64,000 nt of DNA, taken from the NCBI GenBank assembly GCA_043811005.1, contig JBDRNO010000094.1, positions 319-64,318 of the forward strand. The letters are read 5' to 3'. The notes beneath the pieces were generated by a model. The model was not told the DNA's origin. It did no database searches and saw only the letters and a program-made list of their open reading frames with translations. The DNA comes from Bacteroidota bacterium. GTDB lineage: Bacteria > Bacteroidota > Bacteroidia > NORP154. This document shows, one piece after another, positions 18,453-29,976 of this stretch. The position numbers and the translations under genes were made by a program. The first letter of the stretch is position 1; every line of letters starts with the position of its first letter.

Positions 18453-19796
18453 CTAATGAATTTTTTTGGTTGATAAACAATTTGCAACTTCCTTATAAAC
18501 CTCATCAACAGATATTTCTTGCATACAAACATTGTTAATACATGGGGAGAACCTGTGATTAAAAGCATTTACGCAGGGGCTGCAGGCGAGTTTTTTCCAG
18601 ATAACATGAATGTTAGCCGTTTCATGTGCGGATGTTTTAGTTAGCCTTTGCGGAAGGTCTCCCTCTCCTCTTCGCCTTCGCGTAGCTTCGAGCGAAGCAA
18701 GGTCGGGGAGGGTCGGGGTGGGGCTGGTGGCACGGCTTAATGGACCAAAAAGTTCAGGCGTCTCCGGACCAAACATCACTACTGTTTCAATATCTGTCAA
18801 TGAAGCAAAATGACCCGGACCGCTGTCGTTAGTCACCAAAACATCGGCAAGGGTATAGAGAACCATCACATCCCTTAAAGTTGTTTCACCTGCTACACTG
18901 ATAACATTAGAACTGCCGATTTTGGCGCATATTTCTTCCGCTGCATTTTTTTCAGAAGGCGCACCGGTAATTACCAATATTACGTCCTTATGTTCAGCTA
19001 AAATCTTTTTACCCAATTCTATAAATCTTTCCGCTGGCCATTTTCTCAGAGGCAGCATATCACTTGCATTTGGATTGAGCAACACAATGGGACGATCAAT
19101 TTCCAGTCCCAATTTTTTTGAAAGAAGCGCCTTAACCTTTGCTTTCCCCTCTTCCCCAGGGTGAAATTCAGGTATCTCTATTTTTATGTCTTTAACCGGA
19201 ACTTTTAACAAAGGCACTTCATTCCTGTCCATTGTAAGAGCTTCCACCAATAAGAGATACGCTTTGGAAGTATGTAAATATGGATTGTACTGAATTCGGT
19301 GGGTCATTAAATCTCCGCGATAAGGCAACTCGCTTGTAAACCTGTGTAATCCCACACGATTTGCAGCTCCACTTAAATAAGCTATAATTGCAGATGCACG
19401 GGAAAAGAACTCCATGTCAACGGTTGTATCAATTTTTTCTTTCCGGGCTTTAATAAAGAACATTAAAATATCTGAACAAAAAACAAGGAAATTGCTTTGG
19501 CGGATGGTGAGGATATTTTCAGGTGGAATGATATTTAATATATCCAATATCGGACGGTTATCTTCAAATACACAGAAATAGACATTTTCCCTGCCAACCA
19601 GTTGTATTGCGCGTTTGATAGCCGAATAAGCCAGGACTGTAGCGCACTGTTCGATCAATTTAATAAAAATTATTTTGCGTGGCTTGTCATTCCCGGGAAC
19701 GGAGAAAACCCTGATGATGGACCTGAATAAAGTAAACTTAAAGCATAATGGCTGACCGATCCATTTGTCTATTATTTTAATTGTTTTTGGAGTCAT
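18453..19796 (-). CDS. Glycosyltransferase family 9 (heptosyltransferase-like) with an in-frame GC-rich insert
   Basis: RKWPAERF, VITGAPSEK, LVTNDSGPGHFA and CSPC are GT9 motifs. The extra segment SRATSPTPTLPDLASLEATRRRRGEGDLPQRL is encoded by the repeat at 18656-18724. Confidence 0.8.
   Translation of the reverse strand: MTPKTIKIIDKWIGQPLCFKFTLFRSIIRVFSVPGNDKPRKIIFIKLIEQCATVLAYSAIKRAIQLVGRENVYFCVFEDNRPILDILNIIPPENILTIRQSNFLVFCSDILMFFIKARKEKIDTTVDMEFFSRASAIIAYLSGAANRVGLHRFTSELPYRGDLMTHRIQYNPYLHTSKAYLLLVEALTMDRNEVPLLKVPVKDIKIEIPEFHPGEEGKAKVKALLSKKLGLEIDRPIVLLNPNASDMLPLRKWPAERFIELGKKILAEHKDVILVITGAPSEKNAAEEICAKIGSSNVISVAGETTLRDVMVLYTLADVLVTNDSGPGHFASLTDIETVVMFGPETPELFGPLSRATSPTPTLPDLASLEATRRRRGEGDLPQRLTKTSAHETANIHVIWKKLACSPCVNAFNHRFSPCINNVCMQEISVDEVYKEVANCLSTKKIH
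18656..18724 (+). repeat. GC-rich palindromic element (GGTCTCCCTCTCC...GGGGAGGGTCGGGGTGGGGC family), in frame inside the GT9 gene
   Basis: Shares its head and tail with the 53586-53622 copy. It carries an extra internal gcttcg-ag-cgaagc hairpin. Confidence 0.75.
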
Positions 19797-19865
19797 ATTT
19801 TATTAAATAGAAATTTCTATTCATTCAATTAATTTATTTTAATATTTATCTTTTTGCTTTTAAAG

Positions 19866-19996
19866 ATCAGCTACTGGTTTCTGGTTTGATTGTTAATATT
19901 ATAAGGTAGTAATCTCTACAGCAACCAGCAACAGTTTTTTATTATCAATTATATATCTTACCAAATAAAAGGTAATAAGTAATAATTTGAGTTAAT
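19866..19996 (-). mobile_element. Partial copy of the TAATTAAC...TGGTAAGATATATAATTG MITE family
   Basis: The reverse complement aligns with 35472-35612 (AATAATTAACtCAA...TTTGGTAAGATATATAATTG...AACTGTTGCTGGT...AACCAGTAGCTG). The far-end terminal repeat is missing. The terminus overlaps the stop codon at 19992-19994 of the adjacent gene. Confidence 0.6.
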
Positions 19997-21869
19997 TATT
20001 TATAATCCCTGCCCTCTGAGAATAATATTTTGCTTTTTCTACATCGCCCATACTGTTATAAAGCTTGGCTAAATTATTATTAACATTTCTATTGTTTGGA
20101 TTGTATTGCAAAGCTTTTTCATAGTTTTCGATCGCCTGTTCATGTTTTCCTGTATTATGGTAAACAGCCCCGATATTTGCATAAGGGTCTCCATAATCAG
20201 GGTTTGATTGAACTGCTGCCAGAAAGTGTTTTAATGCTATGTCGTAATTTTTTCTATTGAAATAAATTACACCCATATTATTAAGTGCTTGTTGATAACC
20301 GGGATCTGCCTCAATAGCTTTTTGATAAGCAAACAGAGCTTTGTCTTCCTGTTGATTGGCATAATATGTTACTCCCATATTGTACCATGCAGCAGTAAAT
20401 TCAGGATAGATTTCAACGCTCTTTTTAAAGCCCTCAACAGCTTTTGTGAGCAGTGAATTCCTTTTTACAGCATTTCTCTCTCTTTCTCCATCTACCCTGT
20501 ATGCGGATGCCAAGGCAAAATGATTTCTTGCACTGTTTGGACAGGAATTTATGTCAGCCGAAAACAGCGAGAAGTTGTCCTTCCAGTCTTTATTGCGGTC
20601 AATGGTTTTAATAGAAAATAAAGCAGTTATAACAATTATAATTGTGATCAGTTTTGACCGGTTTTTAGAAAATTTTCCAAGAGGGTCGATCTTTAATATT
20701 TTGGCAAGAAGTATAACAATGACAATACAAAATCCAAGTGATGGGGTGAATAAAAAACGTTCACCCAGTGTTGCACCGATCAATATAAAGAGGTTGGATG
20801 TAACAGACAAAGTGATAAGAAAAAATAGTATACCAAAGGCGATGGCGTCTTTTCTTCTGATACCAATGATGCAATAAATCCCCAATGCAATGTAAATTAT
20901 GAGAGAGGCAATTGCCTTGATATCAGTAAAATTTACAATGGGAAACTGGTTGTAAGAATAATCCCAGCTAAGAGGATGGGGGATAAACAACAGGTAAAGG
21001 TATTCACCGAGGATCACAAAATTAGTAGCATATCTTTCTGCTACATTTCCTGCTCCTCTTAACGAGTTATTGATAATATCCAGATCTTCGCCAAATACCA
21101 GGGTATCAAGAACGTTGTTACGTATTATCAAATAGAGAAAAACAACACCAAGGTAAGGAATGGTTAACCTGAAGATGTTCATAAGGGATCTCTCAGTAAA
21201 GAAGTACAAGATCAGGGGGACAACAGCAATTAATGTTATTCCGTTTTCCTTCGATATCAGGCACAAAAAGTAAGACAATGAGCCATAAAGGAGAAATTTT
21301 GCTTTCTGCTTATTATGGTAATCCATTAAAAAATTTAGCGATAGCACACCGAATAAAAAACTTAGAATTTCAGTGCGGCTGGTAATGTTGGCTACAACTT
21401 CGGTATGGATCGGATGAGAGATGAACAATACAGAGATCAACAGTGGTATAAGAATTGTGTAGTTTTTAAATAATTTTGATAATAATAAAAACAATAACAC
21501 ATTTCCTATAGCATAGAACAGCACATTAAAAAAGTGATTTGCTTTAGGATTATTACCGAAGATCTCTTTTTCTATGGCAAAATTTATAAGAGTTAGTGGG
21601 CGGTAGGATTGGTTATTGCGATTGTTAAAGCCATACAGAAACCCATAAGAAACAATATCTCCGATCCCATCAATTCCCTGCTGTACGAAACGGTTTTTTC
21701 CATACACCACATCGTCATCTAACGCATAGCCATGATTTAATGTATTACCATAGAGAATGAAAGTGAACACAAAAAGTGAAAAAAATATAATACGATGCGT
21801 TTTTGTATTGCTCGTTGATGATAAACTTGATCTCTTGTCCTTCTTTCCCCGCTTTTTATTATAAGCCAC
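19992..21869 (-). CDS. Polytopic membrane protein with C-terminal TPR repeats (PMT/TMTC-like glycosyltransferase class)
   Basis: About 11 predicted hydrophobic segments follow YGNTLNHGYALDDD. The C-terminal region contains 4-5 TPR units (AWYNMGVTYY, ALNNMGVIYF, PYANIGAVYH...). Confidence 0.65.
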   Translation of the reverse strand: MAYNKKRGKKDKRSSLSSTSNTKTHRIIFFSLFVFTFILYGNTLNHGYALDDDVVYGKNRFVQQGIDGIGDIVSYGFLYGFNNRNNQSYRPLTLINFAIEKEIFGNNPKANHFFNVLFYAIGNVLLFLLLSKLFKNYTILIPLLISVLFISHPIHTEVVANITSRTEILSFLFGVLSLNFLMDYHNKQKAKFLLYGSLSYFLCLISKENGITLIAVVPLILYFFTERSLMNIFRLTIPYLGVVFLYLIIRNNVLDTLVFGEDLDIINNSLRGAGNVAERYATNFVILGEYLYLLFIPHPLSWDYSYNQFPIVNFTDIKAIASLIIYIALGIYCIIGIRRKDAIAFGILFFLITLSVTSNLFILIGATLGERFLFTPSLGFCIVIVILLAKILKIDPLGKFSKNRSKLITIIIVITALFSIKTIDRNKDWKDNFSLFSADINSCPNSARNHFALASAYRVDGERERNAVKRNSLLTKAVEGFKKSVEIYPEFTAAWYNMGVTYYANQQEDKALFAYQKAIEADPGYQQALNNMGVIYFNRKNYDIALKHFLAAVQSNPDYGDPYANIGAVYHNTGKHEQAIENYEKALQYNPNNRNVNNNLAKLYNSMGDVEKAKYYSQRAGIINN

Positions 21870-22173
21870 AATCTTAGATTTTAGTCAAAATTAAACATAA
21901 ATAAATTGCGAACAAAGCACAGAAGTAGAAGTTTAAGATAAGAAGTGAAGTATAAAGCGGTTGGAAAATTGATTAGAAATACTGCTTGTTTTGGAATTTG
22001 GGATTTGTCACACCTTTTTTGAAATATTATAGTCTCGTCTATTTTTTGCCACTAAAACACTAAAGCTCAAAATCCCACGAAACTATCTAACAAACCTCTT
22101 GATTCCTAAATCAATATCTAAAACATTTTTGTGGGATTTCATGTTTTGGTGCTTTTGTGGGATTTTTTTCCAA

Positions 22174-22192
22174 TTTACAAAGCTATGTCCTT
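22174..22192 (-). promoter_or_regulatory. AAGGACATAGCTTTGTAAAT promoter motif (minus strand) overlapping the atpC stop codon
   Basis: The reverse complement of 22174-22192 reads AAGGACATAGCTTTGTAAA, with the -7 box TAGCTTTG. This is the same motif as at 12356 and 24034. Confidence 0.45.
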
Positions 22193-22433
22193 ATTCCGCC
22201 AGAACAATGATCCTGTTGTTTAGTATTTCAACAACACCTCCTTTAATCTCAATAACCTTTTCGTTTTTATTTTCTTCTTCAACTATTATAATTTTTCCTT
22301 CTATTAAAGTAGAGATCATTGGAGCATGGTTTTTAAGCACGCCAAATAAGCCATCAGCAGCGGGGAATTTTGCAGAAACAATATCACCGGAATAGATGTG
22401 TTTTTCGGGGGTTACTATTTCTAAGCGCATCAA
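22191..22433 (-). CDS. atpC: F0F1 ATP synthase subunit epsilon
   Basis: 80 aa. MRLEIVTPEK.IYSG....V..PAADG.FGVL..HAPMIS.L matches the epsilon N-terminal beta-sandwich. It lies directly downstream of atpD. Confidence 0.85.
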   Translation of the reverse strand: MMRLEIVTPEKHIYSGDIVSAKFPAADGLFGVLKNHAPMISTLIEGKIIIVEEENKNEKVIEIKGGVVEILNNRIIVLAE

Positions 22434-22441
22434 TAAAATTT

Positions 22442-24004
<1,563 letters not shown>

Positions 24005-24033
24005 TTATTTCCAACTGCGAATTTACTATAATT

Positions 24034-24130
24034 AAGGACATAGCTTTGCAAACTTATTAAAAAATTTATTAGAAATTTAAAATTGCATTTTCATTTATAG
24101 ACTTATTAGCTATTTAACCGCTATGTTCTT
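24034..24130. repeat. Conserved ~100-nt inverted-repeat element with back-to-back -7 boxes (copy B)
   Basis: AAGGACATAGC (24034-24044) pairs with GCTATGTTCTT (24120-24130). Plus-strand box TAGCTTTG (24041-24048) and minus-strand box TAAGTTTG (24049-24056). The minus box lies 57 nt upstream of the atpD ATG. Confidence 0.6.
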
Positions 24131-24249
24131 GTTTTTGGTTACATGTTGAAAAAATATCAATTTTGAATCTTTAGAGTTTTCTCAACAATCAATTACTTTT
24201 TTCTAATTTTGACGGATTTTAATATCTATCAAACTATCAAATAAGAACA

Positions 24250-24257
24250 TAACTTTG
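24250..24257 (+). promoter_or_regulatory. -7 promoter box (TAACTTTG) for ribF
   Basis: It sits within AAGAACATAACTTTGTAAAT. Only 12 nt separate the box from the ribF ATG, so the transcript may be nearly leaderless. Confidence 0.45.
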
Positions 24258-24269
24258 TAAATTGATTAA

Positions 24270-25253
24270 ATGAAGATATATAAGGGATTAGAAGAATTTA
24301 GTAACATTGACAAACCGGTTGTTACAACAGGCACTTTTGACGGAGTTCATCAAGGGCATCAGAAAATTTTAAACCGGCTTAAGGAAGTTGCCGAAAAAGA
24401 AGGCGGAGAAACGGTTTTGCTTACCCTTTTCCCTCATCCACGAATGGTTTTGTATCCGGATAATAATGACCTAAAATTGCTGAATACACTGGATGAGAAA
24501 ATAACCCTCCTTAGGAAAGCAGGTATTGACCATCTTATCATTCACCCTTTTAGCGATGCTTTTTCCCGGCTTTCTTCGGTTGAGTTTGTCAGGGAAATAC
24601 TGGTTAATAGCATTGGTGTTAAAACACTTGTAATTGGCTACGATCATCATTTTGGAAGAAACAGGGAGGGAACCCTGAAACAATTAAAAGAATATGGTTC
24701 GGTATATGGATTTGAAATAGAGGAAATACCTGCCCAGGATATAGATAATGTTAATATTAGCTCAACAAAGATCAGAGATGCTTTGATCAACGGGGATATT
24801 AAAACAGCCAATACATATTTAGGTTATGATTATTTCTTAAGCGGCAATGTCATAATGGGCAGCAATGTTGGGCGGTCTTTGGGCTTCCCGACAGCAAATA
24901 TTAAGGTAGAAGAAAAACACAAATTAGTACCTGCTAATGGTGTATATGTTGTGAAAATAAAATTGAATGGGGAAATTTATCAAGGAATGTTGAATATTGG
25001 AGTGCGTCCTACATTGAGTACAGGAAGTGGCGGTAAACCCACTGGTGAAATAATACAGGGAACACAGGGACAGGAAGTAAGCAAAAGAAGTATAGAAACA
25101 CATATTTTTAATTTTGACAAGAATATATATGATCAACGTATAACACTGTATTTCATTGCAAGGATCCGCGATGAGAAGAGATTTGATGATCTTGAAGCAT
25201 TAAAGAGACAGTTGGTAATTGATAAGGAAAAGTCAATTAATTTGCTTTCCTAA
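24270..25253 (+). CDS. ribF: Bifunctional riboflavin kinase / FMN adenylyltransferase
   Basis: GTFDGVHQGH, the GYDHHFG-type core, FPTANI and IETHIFNF match RibF. There is an extra ~18 aa between RPT and IETH. Confidence 0.9.
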   Translation: MKIYKGLEEFSNIDKPVVTTGTFDGVHQGHQKILNRLKEVAEKEGGETVLLTLFPHPRMVLYPDNNDLKLLNTLDEKITLLRKAGIDHLIIHPFSDAFSRLSSVEFVREILVNSIGVKTLVIGYDHHFGRNREGTLKQLKEYGSVYGFEIEEIPAQDIDNVNISSTKIRDALINGDIKTANTYLGYDYFLSGNVIMGSNVGRSLGFPTANIKVEEKHKLVPANGVYVVKIKLNGEIYQGMLNIGVRPTLSTGSGGKPTGEIIQGTQGQEVSKRSIETHIFNFDKNIYDQRITLYFIARIRDEKRFDDLEALKRQLVIDKEKSINLLS

Positions 25254-25321
25254 TTAGTAATTGCCGTATAACAACACAAATTCCAATAATCAAAAACACG
25301 TTAACGATTGTAACTTTATAT

Positions 25322-25945
25322 ATGATTATTCCATTTTCTGAAACACGTCCAATGATTCTTCTATTCTTGTTTTTTGTAATAGAAACCTCATATGTAGAAG
25401 CGCAATTATTGGATTTAACAAACCTTGATACTGCAAAAATCTATACATCACTTGAAGAAGCATTGGAACAGCCGGAAAATGTTTACAGGTTATATCTTAA
25501 ACGCAAAAGGCTCTCGGAATTTCCTGAGGGTATATTTAAGATTTTATCACTACAGGAACTCAACCTCAGCAAGAATAAAATTACTGAAATTCCCGGTGAA
25601 ATAGCTAATCTAAGCAATCTGCAGGTTCTGAATGTTTCCAAAAATAAACTAAAAACAATTCCTGCCGGTATAGGTCAGCTTATGCAATTAAAACAATTAA
25701 TAATATATCAGAATGGTATTTATTCACTCCCACCTGAAATTGGCAATCTGGAAAATCTCGAATTTCTGGATATGTGGGGGAATGAAATAATAAAATTCCC
25801 TCATGAAATAAGCAAATTAAAGAAGCTGAGAGTGCTTGATCTGCGTGTTATTGAGATGAATAAAGACAGGAGTAATGCCATAAAAGAATTACTGCCAAAT
25901 ACTAAAATTTATTTCTCCAAAAGTTGCAATTGCGGAAGTGGGTAA
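25322..25945 (+). CDS. Leucine-rich repeat protein with signal peptide
   Basis: Six or seven 23-residue LxxLxLxxNxLxxIPxxI repeats (for example LQELNLSKNKITEIPGEIANLSNLQVLNVSKNKLKTIPAGIGQL). Confidence 0.8.
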   Translation: MIIPFSETRPMILLFLFFVIETSYVEAQLLDLTNLDTAKIYTSLEEALEQPENVYRLYLKRKRLSEFPEGIFKILSLQELNLSKNKITEIPGEIANLSNLQVLNVSKNKLKTIPAGIGQLMQLKQLIIYQNGIYSLPPEIGNLENLEFLDMWGNEIIKFPHEISKLKKLRVLDLRVIEMNKDRSNAIKELLPNTKIYFSKSCNCGSG

Positions 25946-26091
25946 TAAAAAAGTGGGCAGTTGCCAGGTGCATGTCAAATATCCTTTTTTTGAATAAAGT
26001 ATATCTACGGAAACAGGTTTGCGAAAAAAAACAATGTGGAAAATAATACGGTTTTGTTAATAAAAATTTGTTGAAAATTAATAATCTTTTG

Positions 26092-26099
26092 TAATTTTG
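26092..26099 (+). promoter_or_regulatory. -7 promoter box (TAATTTTG) of the thiamine operon
   Basis: Fits TAnnTTTG and lies 8 nt upstream of the riboswitch P1 stem. A TTG lies about 23 nt further upstream. Confidence 0.5.
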
Positions 26100-26106
26100 C
26101 TAACAA

Positions 26107-26190
26107 CATTGGGGGTGTCCACCAGCTGGCGGACTGAGATCATACCCTTTGAACCTGATGCAGGTAATGCTGCCGTAGGAAAAAGCAATG
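26107..26190 (+). promoter_or_regulatory. TPP (THI-box) riboswitch aptamer
   Basis: The sequence cattgGGGGTGtccaccagctggcggaCTGAGAtcatACCCTTTGAACCTGATgcaGGtAATGCtgcCGTAGGAAaaagcaatg contains the conserved CUGAGA, ACCCUUUGAACCUGAU and AAUGC...CGUAGG(G)AA blocks. P1 pairs cattg/caatg. It lies upstream of thiS-thiC. Confidence 0.9.
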
Positions 26191-26281
26191 ACCCATCTCA
26201 ATTTCCCCCCAAATATTTTTATAGTTTACTCATGAAATAATTTCTTTTCAAAGGTATTACTCACTCTCATATTAGTTTATA

Positions 26282-26485
26282 ATGGTCATCGTTATTAATA
26301 ATGAGCCCAAAATAGCTGCTACCAATTCAAAACTGGGCAAATTACTTAAAGAGTTGAACCTGCTTGACCAGAAGGGCTTTGCTGTTGCCGTCAATGACAA
26401 AGTGATTACCAGGAATGACTGGGATGAATTTCAGCTAAAGGAAAATGATAGGATAACTATTATTAAAGCAACGCAAGGAGGTTGA
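26282..26485 (+). CDS. thiS: Sulfur carrier protein ThiS
   Basis: 67 aa, ubiquitin-like, ends in GG (..KATQGG). It is the first gene after the TPP riboswitch. Confidence 0.85.
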   Translation: MVIVINNEPKIAATNSKLGKLLKELNLLDQKGFAVAVNDKVITRNDWDEFQLKENDRITIIKATQGG

Positions 26486-26522
26486 TCAACATCAACAAAA
26501 TCATAATTAAAAAGTTAACGAT

Positions 26523-27011
26523 ATGACTTTTACAAGAAACTATATACTTATTTGTATCCTATCAATCTTTTCATTGAGTTCTTGTGGTATTTTTAAGAAA
26601 ACGAATGGAACTGAGCGATCAGACAAGAAAAAAAACAAACAAGTAACAAAAATAATTAGTTGCCCAGACAGTTCGATCTTTTATGTAACCGAAGTCAAAC
26701 CTGAATTTCCTGGTGGCAAATCAGAATTATTAAAGTACTTTAAGGATAATATTGAAATTCCTGTGGAATATGAAAAAATGGAAAGAAATTTCCGTTTCGA
26801 CTTTACCCTGGATTGTAATGGAAAAGCAATAGATCCAATGTTCCATTCCCTGAGAGATAAAGAAATTAATCAACAATTAGAATCATTGATACAAAAGATG
26901 CCAACCTGGAAGCCAGCACGGCAAGGAAAGGAAAATGTATTCATTAAAATGTGTTTTGTCTTAAAAATTGTTAATGAAAATCTAGTAGTGATGAATATTA
27001 ATTGCACCTAA
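26523..27011 (+). CDS. Lipoprotein with a TonB C-terminal-like domain
   Basis: Lipobox LSSC. VKPEFPGGKSELLKYFKDNIEIP and MPTWKPARQGKENV resemble the Bacteroidota TonB-C (energy transducer) domain pattern. Confidence 0.5.
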   Translation: MTFTRNYILICILSIFSLSSCGIFKKTNGTERSDKKKNKQVTKIISCPDSSIFYVTEVKPEFPGGKSELLKYFKDNIEIPVEYEKMERNFRFDFTLDCNGKAIDPMFHSLRDKEINQQLESLIQKMPTWKPARQGKENVFIKMCFVLKIVNENLVVMNINCT

Positions 27012-27071
27012 TACGCATAGAAAAGCAAAATAAAACGGATTAAATTGCCGGAGAAATTATTTACCAAATGA

Positions 27072-28961
<1,890 letters not shown>

Positions 28962-28994
28962 TTTTTTTATAATAAGCTGGTAAAAATATGATAT

Positions 28995-29082
28995 AGTTAC
29001 TGGTTCCTGGTTGCTGGTAGTGATTACTAAACTATATTATTATGGAAAAAAAACAGAAGCCAGAAACCAGTAGCCAGTAGCT
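28995..29082. repeat. Hairpin element between thiC and the thiE-like gene (CTGGTTGCTGG / CCAGAAACCAGTAGC core)
   Basis: agttactggttcctggttgctggtag (28995-29020) versus the reverse complement of cagaagccagaaaccagtagccagtagct (29054-29082). The core is shared with the elements at 19866 and 35580. Confidence 0.55.
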
Positions 29083-29188
29083 GATTATTAAATGCCACAC
29101 CTAACGGGTGGGCACCAGTTAAGGTGGCAAAAAGATAAATGATAAAATAAAATTTATTATAAACATCCAAATTCCGCTATTATAAAAT

Positions 29189-29830
29189 ATGAAAATAATT
29201 GTATTATCCAGCCCCAGGGGATCATCTTCTGAACCCAATGTGATTACACAGCTTTTCAGGAATGGTTTGGAAATATTTCATTTGAGAAAACCAACGTTTT
29301 CACAAAAAGAGATGGAAGAATATTTAGACCTGATACCAAAAAAATATTTGGACAGGATCATGATCCACTCACATCACAAACTTGCTGTCAAGTATAATTT
29401 AAACGGCATTCACCTGACTAGAAAATATAGGAAAAGTAAATACAGGACGCGCATGAGGTTAAAACTTTTAAGATTAAAGAAACCGGATATTAAGATAACC
29501 ACATCCTTTCATTCGCTTAATAGCTTATTTGATGACGAAAGAGACTACGACTATGTGTTTTTAAGCCCTGTTTTCGATAGTATTTCCAAAGGTGACTACA
29601 CGTCTAAATTTAGCGGGCATAATCTCGAAGTGGTGTTAAGCAAAACGAAACATAATGTCATTGCATTGGGTGGCGTGGATGTAGACAAAGTGGATAAGAT
29701 CAAAAAAATGAACTTTTTCGGAATGGCATTACACGGTGCTGTTTGGGGAAATGACAAACCCCTGGAGGTTTTTCTTAATATTAAAGAAGCTTGTCAACAA
29801 TTAGAATCTGTATCTAAAGCAATAAATTGA
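29189..29830 (+). CDS. Thiamine-phosphate synthase-like (ThiE/TenI family) protein, paralog 1
   Basis: TIM-barrel ThiE/TenI pattern (FHLRKP..., GIHL, SFHS, DYVFLSPVF.S, ALGGV) in a thi operon context. Confidence 0.65.
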   Translation: MKIIVLSSPRGSSSEPNVITQLFRNGLEIFHLRKPTFSQKEMEEYLDLIPKKYLDRIMIHSHHKLAVKYNLNGIHLTRKYRKSKYRTRMRLKLLRLKKPDIKITTSFHSLNSLFDDERDYDYVFLSPVFDSISKGDYTSKFSGHNLEVVLSKTKHNVIALGGVDVDKVDKIKKMNFFGMALHGAVWGNDKPLEVFLNIKEACQQLESVSKAIN

Positions 29831-29847
29831 GGATTTATTGCAATACA

Positions 29848-29905
29848 TTAATTAACGTAAGTTGCCACTTATTACTTTTTGTCTGGTAAGATATATAGTT
29901 GTTAT
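29848..29905 (+). repeat. 5' fragment of the TAATTAAC...TGGTAAGATATATA MITE family
   Basis: TTAATTAACGTAAGTTGCCACTTATTACTTTTTGTCTGGTAAGATATATAGTTG aligns with 35472-35524. Confidence 0.6.
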
Positions 29906-29976
29906 TCGTTAAAGGCAGGACACATTGAAGCAATAATAACAATCGCTTTAATAACTCTTTCTAATTTGATAAAATT

